Source: Dehalococcoidia bacterium (GTDB taxonomy: Bacteria > Chloroflexota > Dehalococcoidia > Lucifugimonadales > UBA3495). From it: DNA of 64,000 nt. The translations under genes and the position numbers were made by a program. Where the stretch lies: assembly GCA_965261885.1 (NCBI GenBank), contig CBDHDY010000039.1:10802-74801 (forward strand), read 5' to 3'. Below, one piece after another: positions 29,548 through 38,166 of this stretch (positions are counted from its first letter, which is position 1; the number at the start of each line of letters is the position of its first letter). The notes beneath the pieces are model-generated. The model did no database searches, had not been told where the DNA came from, and worked only from the letters and a program-made list of their open reading frames with translations.

Positions 29548-32406
29548 ATGCCCCGAGCACGACGCAACCGCAGCGCCGCCGGAAAGTCGGTGGAGGCGCT
29601 GCGCCACGAGGCGGACACCCGCACCAACATCCCCACGGCCGAGTACCAGTCGATGGTGGAGGATGACACGGAGTCGCCCGTCCGCGTAGCCTACCAGCGG
29701 CGCAACCGCGACCTGGACCCGCAGCTGGTCTGGCGGGGCAAGGACGAACAGGACCTGGATGACCTGGTGGTCAACGTGCCGCCCCTGTACATCCAGGAGA
29801 AGGTGCACCCCAAGGTACTGATCGGCGACCTGCTGCGCCAGTCTCGGAACGGCAGCCAGCCGTCCGAGTACCAGGTGGACATGTTCGCCGACTTCAACGG
29901 GCTGCCCGAGGGCGCCGACCGCACCGAGTTCTACCAGCACGAGGGCTACTGGCAGAACCGCATGGTCCTGGGCGACAGTCTGCAGGTGATGGCCTCGCTG
30001 GCCGAGCGGGAGGGCTTGCAGGGCAAGGTGCAGTGCATCTACATCGATCCGCCCTACGGCATCCGCTTCAACTCCAACTTCCAGTGGTCCACCACCAGCC
30101 GCGACGTGCGCGACGGCAACCGCCAGCACATCACCCGCGAGCCCGAGCAGGTCAAGGCCTTCCGCGACACCTGGCGCGACGGCATCCACTCCTACCTGAC
30201 CTACCTGCGGGACCGCCTCACCGTGGCCCGCGACCTGCTGGCCGACTCTGGCTCCATCTTTGTGCAGATCGGCGATGAGAACGTCCACCGGGTGCGTGTG
30301 GTGTTGGATGAGGTGTTTGGGGAAAAGAATTTTGTAAGCCTAATATCTATTCAAACAACAACTGGTTTCCAGTCTGAATATGTTGGAAATATCTCGGACT
30401 ATGTTCTTTGGTATGCGAAGAGAAAGGAGACTGGCAAATCTAAGAATCCGTACTTTAGGAAAAACTTCCAAATAGGTGAGGGTAATGCGCGATGGCTGAT
30501 GTTTCAGGACTTCACACACCGAGGGGTAACAGCGTCCGAAAGGAGAGCCGGCGAAATTCCTGATGGATCAAAACCCTACGCGCCAGACAATCTAATTTCG
30601 CAGGGTCGATCTCGCAGTCAGCAGCCGTTTGCTTTTCAAAATAAGACCGACGATCCGTGGAATAAGAACTCCCATTGGAAGGCCAATTATCCGGCAGGAA
30701 TGAAGCGTCTAGCGAAGGCTGGACGGTTGCATACTGCGGAAAATTCTATACGTTTTGTACGGTATCACGCGGATTTTGAATTGGCTGTTCATGGCAATAT
30801 TTGGACCGATACGAGTACAGGCAATTTCACAGACGACAAGACCTATGTCGTACAAACTAACTCCAAGGTAATAGAACGTTGCATCCTGATGACCACTGAC
30901 CCCGGCGACCTGGTGCTGGATCCCACCTGCGGCTCCGGCACCGCTGCCTACGTGGCCGAGCAGTGGGGGCGGCGGTGGATCACCATCGACACCTCCCGAG
31001 TCGCCCTGGCTCTGGCCCGCGCCCGCATCATGGGCGCCCGCTACCCCTACTACATCCTCGCCGACAGCCGGGACGGGCAGCAGAAGGAAGCCGAGATCTC
31101 CCGCCGCGCCCCGTCGGAGATGCCCACCTACGGCAACGTGCGGCAGGGGTTCGTCTACGAGCGGGTGCCCCACATCACCCTGAGGGACATCGCCAACAAC
31201 GCCGAGATCGACGTCATCTGGGAGGAGTACCAGGAGAAGCTGGAGCCGCTCCGGGAGGAGCTGAACCGGGCGCTGGAGAACACGTGGGAGGAGTGGGAGA
31301 TTCCGCGTGACGCCTACGAGTCGTGGTCAGAGGAGACCTTGGAACTGCACCGGCAGTGGTGGGAGCAGCGCATCGCCCGGCAGAGGGAGATCGACGCCTC
31401 CATCGCTGCCCGGGCCGAGTACGAGTACCTGTACGACAAGCCCTACGAGGACCGCAGCAGGGTGCGGGTGGCCGGCCCGTTCACCGTGGAGAGCATCTCG
31501 CCCCACCGGGTGCTGGGCGTAGACGAGAACGGCGAGGTGATCGACGGCATCGCCGAGGCCCGCAACGGCTACGGCACGGGCTACGACTTCGGCCAGATCA
31601 TCCTGGACAACCTGAGGCGCTCCGGCGTGCAGCAGGCCCACCGCGAGGACCGCATCACCTTCACGTCGCTGACGCCATGGCCGGGCCGGTTTGTCTGCGC
31701 CGATGGCCGGTACGTCGAGGGCGGCAGCGGGGATGACGACGATGACGCGACAACCGGTCCCGAACGGAGGGCGGCGGTGTTCATTGGCCCCGAGTTCGGC
31801 ACGGTGTCGCGTCCCGACCTGGTGGAGGCGGCGCGGGAGGCAGCCGACGGCGGTTTCGACGTGCTCATCGCCTGCGCCTTCAACTACGACGCCCACACCA
31901 CGGAGTTCGAGAGCCTGGGGCGGGTGCCGGTGCTGAAGGCCCGCATGAACGCCGACCTGCACATGGCCAGCGAGCTGCGCAACACCGGCAGCGGCAACCT
32001 GTTCGTCATCTTCGGCGAGCCGGACATAGATGTGCTGGACGCCGGGGACGGGCAGGTCAAGGTGCGGGTGAACGGCGTGGACGTGTTCCACCCCAACACC
32101 GGCGAGGTGCGCAGCGACGGACCGGAGGGCATCGCCTGCTGGTTCATCGACACCGACTACAACCAGGAGAGCTTCTTCGTCCGCCACGCCTACTTCCTAG
32201 GCGCCGGCGACCCCTACAAGTCGCTGAAGACCACCCTCAAGGCCGAAATCGACGAGGACGCCTGGGCCACGCTGCACAGCGCAACCTCCCGCCCATTCCC
32301 GCGCCCGGAGTCGGGGCGGATAGCCGTCAAGGTCATCAACCACCTGGGCGACGAGGTCATGAAAGTGTTCCGGGGGGGGGTGACGTGGCCGGTTGGCCTG
32401 ATATGA
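29548..32406 (+). CDS. mod: Type III R-M DNA methyltransferase (Mod)
   Basis: YIDPPYG catalytic motif IV, VLDPTCGSGT SAM-binding motif I (beta class), and a C-terminus ending IAVKVINHLGDEVMKVF. 952 aa. Confidence 0.93.
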   Translation: MPRARRNRSAAGKSVEALRHEADTRTNIPTAEYQSMVEDDTESPVRVAYQRRNRDLDPQLVWRGKDEQDLDDLVVNVPPLYIQEKVHPKVLIGDLLRQSRNGSQPSEYQVDMFADFNGLPEGADRTEFYQHEGYWQNRMVLGDSLQVMASLAEREGLQGKVQCIYIDPPYGIRFNSNFQWSTTSRDVRDGNRQHITREPEQVKAFRDTWRDGIHSYLTYLRDRLTVARDLLADSGSIFVQIGDENVHRVRVVLDEVFGEKNFVSLISIQTTTGFQSEYVGNISDYVLWYAKRKETGKSKNPYFRKNFQIGEGNARWLMFQDFTHRGVTASERRAGEIPDGSKPYAPDNLISQGRSRSQQPFAFQNKTDDPWNKNSHWKANYPAGMKRLAKAGRLHTAENSIRFVRYHADFELAVHGNIWTDTSTGNFTDDKTYVVQTNSKVIERCILMTTDPGDLVLDPTCGSGTAAYVAEQWGRRWITIDTSRVALALARARIMGARYPYYILADSRDGQQKEAEISRRAPSEMPTYGNVRQGFVYERVPHITLRDIANNAEIDVIWEEYQEKLEPLREELNRALENTWEEWEIPRDAYESWSEETLELHRQWWEQRIARQREIDASIAARAEYEYLYDKPYEDRSRVRVAGPFTVESISPHRVLGVDENGEVIDGIAEARNGYGTGYDFGQIILDNLRRSGVQQAHREDRITFTSLTPWPGRFVCADGRYVEGGSGDDDDDATTGPERRAAVFIGPEFGTVSRPDLVEAAREAADGGFDVLIACAFNYDAHTTEFESLGRVPVLKARMNADLHMASELRNTGSGNLFVIFGEPDIDVLDAGDGQVKVRVNGVDVFHPNTGEVRSDGPEGIACWFIDTDYNQESFFVRHAYFLGAGDPYKSLKTTLKAEIDEDAWATLHSATSRPFPRPESGRIAVKVINHLGDEVMKVFRGGVTWPVGLI

Positions 32407-32458
32407 ATTGCGCCACTATGCGTGTAATTTTGGAACTCAAACTGGCAACGTGGATCAG

Positions 32459-33826
32459 ATGATGCTTTACCGACCATTTGCTGAACGACTTGACGATGTT
32501 TCTCCGGAGGAACTCGATCGGCTCAAGGGGGTTCACGAGGGGTGGTACGTAGAATACAAGGAAAAACTTGTCTCCAATAGGGACTTGGCCAAGAGCCTGT
32601 CGGCATTCGCCAACCAGTATGGTGGCTGGTTGTTCTTGGGTGTCAAGGAGGATGCCCAAGATAATGTAGCGGCTAGCTTTCCAGGAATCCCTGATTCAGA
32701 AATACAGAGCGTCTTAGATTCACTAAGAAACTCGGCCAAAGATTTGTTGAACCCCACCGTCTATTATAATGTTAGGAAATTTGAAGGCCCTATCGGTTCA
32801 ATAGGACTTCCTGCGGGGCGGACAATAGTAGTAGTCCAAATACCCGAAGGCCCGAACTCACCCTACATTCACAATGACGGGCGAATTTACCGTAGGGTCG
32901 GTGATTCATCTCAACCTACACCCGTAACAGACCGCACGACATTCGACATCTTGGCTCAAAGGGGAGAGGAAGCTAGACTAAGGCTTGCCGAAAGGGTCCT
33001 ATGGAGCCCGGCGATCTCACAGGCTGAAGAGGAACAGTCGTTCCTACACCTTAGCATCCTTTCTGATCCTTACGAAACCATGGGGCACTGGTATAGTGGT
33101 AGTTTTGCAGACTTTTCTACAATTATGCAAGAGTGGACACTGCCTTTCGACAACATTTTTTCTACCTCGAATGGGTTTATTGCGAGGCAAGTAAACCAAA
33201 ATAACCCGATCTATAGGGTATTCACATGGCATTTCGACAGGCAGTGCCACTCGTTTGTAACCATACCTATTCCCACGATTCAGGCATCCTTTGGAGATCC
33301 CATATGGGACAATTATACAATCGGAGACCGTTTTGTAGATGAACTAGTGCGTAGAGGAATAACCTTTTCTAGAATATTAGATTTGAATGCGATAATCGAC
33401 ATTATCGGATCAATAATGAGGCGACATCGGATATTGACAGGAAATGCAAAGGTCACTGGGCCCTTTTACATGAAATCTCATCTGGAAAACATATGGAGAT
33501 GTATCCCATTTGTTGACAATTCTGCGTATTTGCAACATGTATGTAAGTTTGGTTTTCCGGTAATTCAAGACTCGAGCTTAGTCGTACCACCGGGTAAATC
33601 GCTCGAAACTTTCGTAGTGTCTCCAGAGATAGCGACAATACCTTCTGAAGAAGAGCTTCTATCCTATGATGGCCCAATACGTTTGAGTATGATTATCCTT
33701 AATGCCCTTGGAATGCCAATGGAAGTCCTTGCTCGGTCAATAGATGAACTTCACGGAATGGGCAAACGGAGAATGGCTGCTCAGATTAATATTAACGATA
33801 ATCCTGAACCAGGCGTTACATCTTGA
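32459..33826 (+). CDS. AlbA_2 (Schlafen-like) domain protein with uncharacterised C-terminal domain
   Basis: EGWYVEYKE...LAKSLSAFANQYGGWLFLGVKE ... YRRVGDSS. A/T-rich compared with its neighbours. Confidence 0.85.
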   Translation: MMLYRPFAERLDDVSPEELDRLKGVHEGWYVEYKEKLVSNRDLAKSLSAFANQYGGWLFLGVKEDAQDNVAASFPGIPDSEIQSVLDSLRNSAKDLLNPTVYYNVRKFEGPIGSIGLPAGRTIVVVQIPEGPNSPYIHNDGRIYRRVGDSSQPTPVTDRTTFDILAQRGEEARLRLAERVLWSPAISQAEEEQSFLHLSILSDPYETMGHWYSGSFADFSTIMQEWTLPFDNIFSTSNGFIARQVNQNNPIYRVFTWHFDRQCHSFVTIPIPTIQASFGDPIWDNYTIGDRFVDELVRRGITFSRILDLNAIIDIIGSIMRRHRILTGNAKVTGPFYMKSHLENIWRCIPFVDNSAYLQHVCKFGFPVIQDSSLVVPPGKSLETFVVSPEIATIPSEEELLSYDGPIRLSMIILNALGMPMEVLARSIDELHGMGKRRMAAQININDNPEPGVTS

Positions 33827-33888
33827 TTCGAATAGCTGCACTTAAAAGATTTACATCGACACACGACAATTTTAGATCCGTTTGAATC

Positions 33889-35967
33889 GTGCAATTTCGC
33901 ATAGCCGACACCTTCACCGCCAGCCTCGCCAAGCTGCCCAACGACCAGCAGAGGGCGGCGAAGACCACCGCCTTCGACCTGCAGACCAACATCGCCCATC
34001 CCAGCCTCAGCCTGCATCGTGTGACCGGCACCAGGGACCCCGGCTTCTGGTCGGCGAGGGTGAACCTCGTCCTGCGCATCATCCTGCACCGAGCTGGGGA
34101 GAACGTCGTTCTCTGCTACGTGGACAGCCACGACGACGCCTACCGCTGGGCGGAGCGCCGTCGTCTGGAGACGCACCCCACCACCGGCGCAGCGCAGCTG
34201 GTGGAGTTGCGGGAGGTGGTGCAGGAAGTGGTCGTTCCGGTCTACGTGGAGACCGAGCAGCAGGCTCCCGCTAAGCCGTTGCCCTTCGCCCGGATCCCCC
34301 GCGAGCAACTGCTGGGGTACGGCGTGCCTGAAGAGTGGCTAGACGACGTCAGGGCCGCCACCGAGGATAGCGTGCTGGACCTGGCAGACCACCTGCCGGC
34401 CGAGGCCGCTGAGGCCCTGCTGGAACTGGCCGTGGGCAGGACTCCGCAGTCGTCGCTACCCGTACCGGCGGGAGGGGACCCCTTCAGCCACCCCGACGCG
34501 ATGCGTCGCTTCCGCGTCATGAACAACGTCGAGGAACTGGCAGCGGCCCTGGAGTACCCGTGGGAACGGTGGACTGTCTTCCTGCACCCGGACCAGTCGG
34601 GAATCGTAGAAAGAAACTACAACGGCCCGGCCAGGGTGTCCGGCTCCGCGGGCACCGGCAAGACCGTTGTCGCCCTCCACCGGGCGGCTCACCTGGCCAG
34701 GTCCAACCCGGACGCGCGGGTGCTGCTGACCACCTTCTCCGACACGCTGGCCAACCAGTTGCGAACCAAGCTCGGGTTCTTGATGAACAATGAACCCGAG
34801 GCGTTCGCTAGGCTCGACGTCCAGTCACTGGACGCTGTGGGCCTGAACCTCTACGAAGCACATTGTGGCGTGCCGGCATTGGTGGGACGGGAGACAGTTG
34901 AGGAACTACTTCAAGATGCCGCCGCCGCAGTGGGAACCAACTTTGCCTTGACATTTCTGATGTCAGAATGGGAGCGAGTGATTGACGCCTGGCAGTTGGA
35001 GGCCTGGGACAACTACCGGGACGTTCGCCGCATCGGCCGGTATAGAAGGCTGTCTGAGGCCCAGCGAGAGGCGCTGTGGCCGATGTTCGAGCAGGTCAAG
35101 GCAGGACTTCGGGAGGGAGGGTTGATAACCTGGGCGGGAATGTTCGGTCGGCTGACTGAGGAAGTCGCTGGACAGGTGTCTGCGCCGTATCAGTACGTCG
35201 TTGTCGATGAAGCTCAGGACGTCAGCGTTCCCGAGCTGAGATTTCTCGCTGCCTTGGCCGGTGGCACACCGAACGGCCTCTTTTTCGCTGGAGACCTCGG
35301 GCAACGAATATTCCAACAGCCATTCTCTTGGCGGGAACTTGGAGTAGACGTGCGAGGCCGATCACAGTCCCTGCGGATCAACTACCGCACTTCGCACCAG
35401 ATCAGGACCCAGGCTGACCGCTTGTTGGATCCCGAGTTGTCCGATGTGGACGGGAACACGGAAGGGAGGAAGGGAACCGTCTCGGTCTTTAACGGACCGA
35501 ACCCAACCGTGCTGGTGCTGGATGACGGGGAGGCGGAATCCGTCGCAGTTGGCGAGTGGCTGAGGGCGAGAGTCCACGACGGCCTGAACTCCGACGAGAT
35601 GAGCGTTTTCGTCCGGTCCCCGGAGCAAATAGACCGGGCCGTGGCCGCCGTGAAACACGCCGAGTTGCAGAACGCGGTACTTGATGATCGTGCTGGGGAA
35701 GTCGAGGGTTCTGTAATCGTCGCCACGATGCACCTTGCTAAGGGTCTTGAGTTCCGGGCAGTTGCGGTGATGGCCTGTGACGGCGAGGTTATCCCACTCC
35801 AATCCAGGGTCGAGTCAATCGTCGACGAGGCGGACTTGGAGGAGGTCTACAACACTGAGCGGAACCTGCTCTACGTCGCCTGCACCCGAGCCCGGGACCA
35901 CCTGCTGGTAACCGGGGTCAAGCCCGTTTCCGAGTTCCTGGATGACCTTGTGATCAACGACAATTAG
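33889..35967 (+). CDS. SF1 UvrD/Rep-like helicase with N-terminal RelE/ParE-like domain
   Basis: N-terminal ~90 aa (F..SLAKLP...SLHRV...FWSARVNLVLRIILH...CYVDSHDDAY). GSAGTGKT, VVDEAQD, GDLGQRIF, NYRT, TMHLAKGLEF, LLYVACTRAR. Confidence 0.88.
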   Translation: MQFRIADTFTASLAKLPNDQQRAAKTTAFDLQTNIAHPSLSLHRVTGTRDPGFWSARVNLVLRIILHRAGENVVLCYVDSHDDAYRWAERRRLETHPTTGAAQLVELREVVQEVVVPVYVETEQQAPAKPLPFARIPREQLLGYGVPEEWLDDVRAATEDSVLDLADHLPAEAAEALLELAVGRTPQSSLPVPAGGDPFSHPDAMRRFRVMNNVEELAAALEYPWERWTVFLHPDQSGIVERNYNGPARVSGSAGTGKTVVALHRAAHLARSNPDARVLLTTFSDTLANQLRTKLGFLMNNEPEAFARLDVQSLDAVGLNLYEAHCGVPALVGRETVEELLQDAAAAVGTNFALTFLMSEWERVIDAWQLEAWDNYRDVRRIGRYRRLSEAQREALWPMFEQVKAGLREGGLITWAGMFGRLTEEVAGQVSAPYQYVVVDEAQDVSVPELRFLAALAGGTPNGLFFAGDLGQRIFQQPFSWRELGVDVRGRSQSLRINYRTSHQIRTQADRLLDPELSDVDGNTEGRKGTVSVFNGPNPTVLVLDDGEAESVAVGEWLRARVHDGLNSDEMSVFVRSPEQIDRAVAAVKHAELQNAVLDDRAGEVEGSVIVATMHLAKGLEFRAVAVMACDGEVIPLQSRVESIVDEADLEEVYNTERNLLYVACTRARDHLLVTGVKPVSEFLDDLVINDN

Positions 35968-36924
35968 CGCATTGCCACACCAATAACGTTACTGAAATTC
36001 TAACCGCAATTCCTGTTCCAACCAAAGATGATTCGCCACTGTAAAGCTGTCCCACTGCAGGCTTATCGGAAGCAGCGTAGACCAGCCTCTTGACCATGAC
36101 GCCCTTCACACCTGCCCCTTTCAGTGAGGCGGGCACCCCCTCGGGGGGCTGCGGGTCTGTGCGTCAAGAGTGTTCCCCCGGAGGCGCGGGCGAAAGGACG
36201 TTAAAAAGTCCTGGGGTGTCGTTAGACCCCGGTTTTATTACGGAGCCGTTTGATGCCATGCGGCACCCCGGAGCCAGCCTTGCGGCGGCGGCGATGAGCA
36301 GGTGCTGGCGGGGTGTCGTTAGACGCCCGTTTGTAGAGCGTATCCTCTAGCAATACAGTGTTCTAATGCCTGCTGGAAAAGGTGCGCGATATTCTGACAT
36401 TACCAGCGGGAATGCAAGAAATGGAACAGACCTGATGGCCCTACGACGCTGTGAACCGGTTCCGTTTGCTTGTAGCGTATGGACAACCCGGCCAAGAAGT
36501 TCCCGGCCGTCGCGGCTTCTCCATCCGGCCCTCCAGGATGGCTGGCCCTGTGGGCCAACACTGCCTCAATCTTGTGGTTCTGCCGCATAGCCTATAAGCA
36601 ACCGGAACTGAAGTGACAGTGTACGGGGGGTGTTCCATACTCTCCTTCACCTACGGTTACGCCCGAGCCGCTGTCTTTCAGTGATGGAACCGCACCTTCC
36701 CGAATGGGAGGGCCTAACTTGGCTCAAGGAGAACCTAGTGAGCCGAAGGGTCCTTACTTGGCTGACCAACCTACCCAGAATTAAGGACCTCCATGTTAGG
36801 ATTCACTCTGGAATTTTTGAATGTGGACCTACCTCGCACTGGCGGGGCTATGGGGCCACTCCAGGGCCGAGATGATATCGGGCCGTCGATGCGAGTCAGG
36901 CGGCAGTGACGCTGTGGGTGCGCA

Positions 36925-38166
36925 ATGACTAACCTCTCAAACTCAACGTTTGGCTGGTTGGACAGTAGTGAAGACGAACGCCGGGCGGTGCTGGAACTCG
37001 TCTCGGCGCTCAATGAGCCGGGAACACTCGACGAATTGGGGATCGGCAGCATCCGCGACACGATTGCGGACGCGCTCTTCCCGGGGACCAGCACGATCCA
37101 GACCAGAGCCCGCTACTTTCTCTTTATCCCCTGGATCCTGCAGATGGTCGAAGGGAGCTCAGCTCGTCGTGCTGAGGAGCGCACGCGCCAGTTGCAGCTG
37201 CAACTCTGCGATGCCCTCGACAAGTCCCACGGCCCCAATGAGGGGGTGATCGGGCGCGAGGCCAGGAATGCCCTCCAACGATGGCCCCTGTCGATTTACT
37301 GGTTGGGTCTGGCTAGGTGGGGAATTCGACGGCACTCGGGGTCGATTCCGTCTTATTTCGCGACCATTAGACAGCCATCTTCGTGGCTCCTGGCCGGCCG
37401 GGCGCTGGAGGAACAGGTGGAGGGTCGACGGGACGAGGCTGCCGATGGCGTCCGGGGGAATTGGGCTGACGTCCCGAAGCCACCCACCGGCTTTCCCGAA
37501 ATCGCGTCCTTCGCGCTGACCGCCGAGGAGGGGCATTTCCTCCGCGAACGAATCGTCCTCACTCACCCGCAGACCTACCTCGCACACATCTTGCGGACGA
37601 ATGAGGCCGAGGAGTCCAGATCTGGCATTTTCCCGTGGGATCATTCCGCAGCGCAAACGGCGCCGGCATCCGTGCAGGGGTGGCTTCATGACGCCCGCCT
37701 GTTCAGTCTGGTCCACCAGGGCGGAACGCTCCTCTATGACCACATGCTGGCAGAGGCGTTGGAGGACGAGGAAAGTATCGACGATTTCTCCGGGGAGCTC
37801 GGGGTATGGTCCGAGTCGATGGCAGCGGCTGAGCCCGAGCTCGAACGCTGGGACCGCGCTGCCATGTGGCAGCGTCTCCGTAGTGCGAATCCGAGGCTGC
37901 GCAGGCGCACGGAGGAGTTTGCCGACCGCTGGTACGTCCTCGCAGCGACGCAGCCGGGTTCGTCCCTAGTGGGTCGGCGGGAGGCGCGGGATCTCATACG
38001 TCAACGCGAGCATGCACTGAAAGGGGCGCGCGCACGGCTGACGTATGCTGAAGCTCGCGACCGCCGCCGGGGTTACCCAACGTCGGCGCGCCTGCAATTC
38101 CGCTGGCTGCAGGTGCAACGGATTACCGCCGACATCCTGCAGGCACTGGGAGCCGCGGATGCTTGA
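36925..38166 (+). CDS. DUF6361-like protein
   Basis: FGWLD...GTLDELGIGSIRDTIADALFPGTSTIQTRARYFLFIPW is the N-terminal signature I associate with DUF6361. 413 aa. Confidence 0.75.
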   Translation: MTNLSNSTFGWLDSSEDERRAVLELVSALNEPGTLDELGIGSIRDTIADALFPGTSTIQTRARYFLFIPWILQMVEGSSARRAEERTRQLQLQLCDALDKSHGPNEGVIGREARNALQRWPLSIYWLGLARWGIRRHSGSIPSYFATIRQPSSWLLAGRALEEQVEGRRDEAADGVRGNWADVPKPPTGFPEIASFALTAEEGHFLRERIVLTHPQTYLAHILRTNEAEESRSGIFPWDHSAAQTAPASVQGWLHDARLFSLVHQGGTLLYDHMLAEALEDEESIDDFSGELGVWSESMAAAEPELERWDRAAMWQRLRSANPRLRRRTEEFADRWYVLAATQPGSSLVGRREARDLIRQREHALKGARARLTYAEARDRRRGYPTSARLQFRWLQVQRITADILQALGAADA

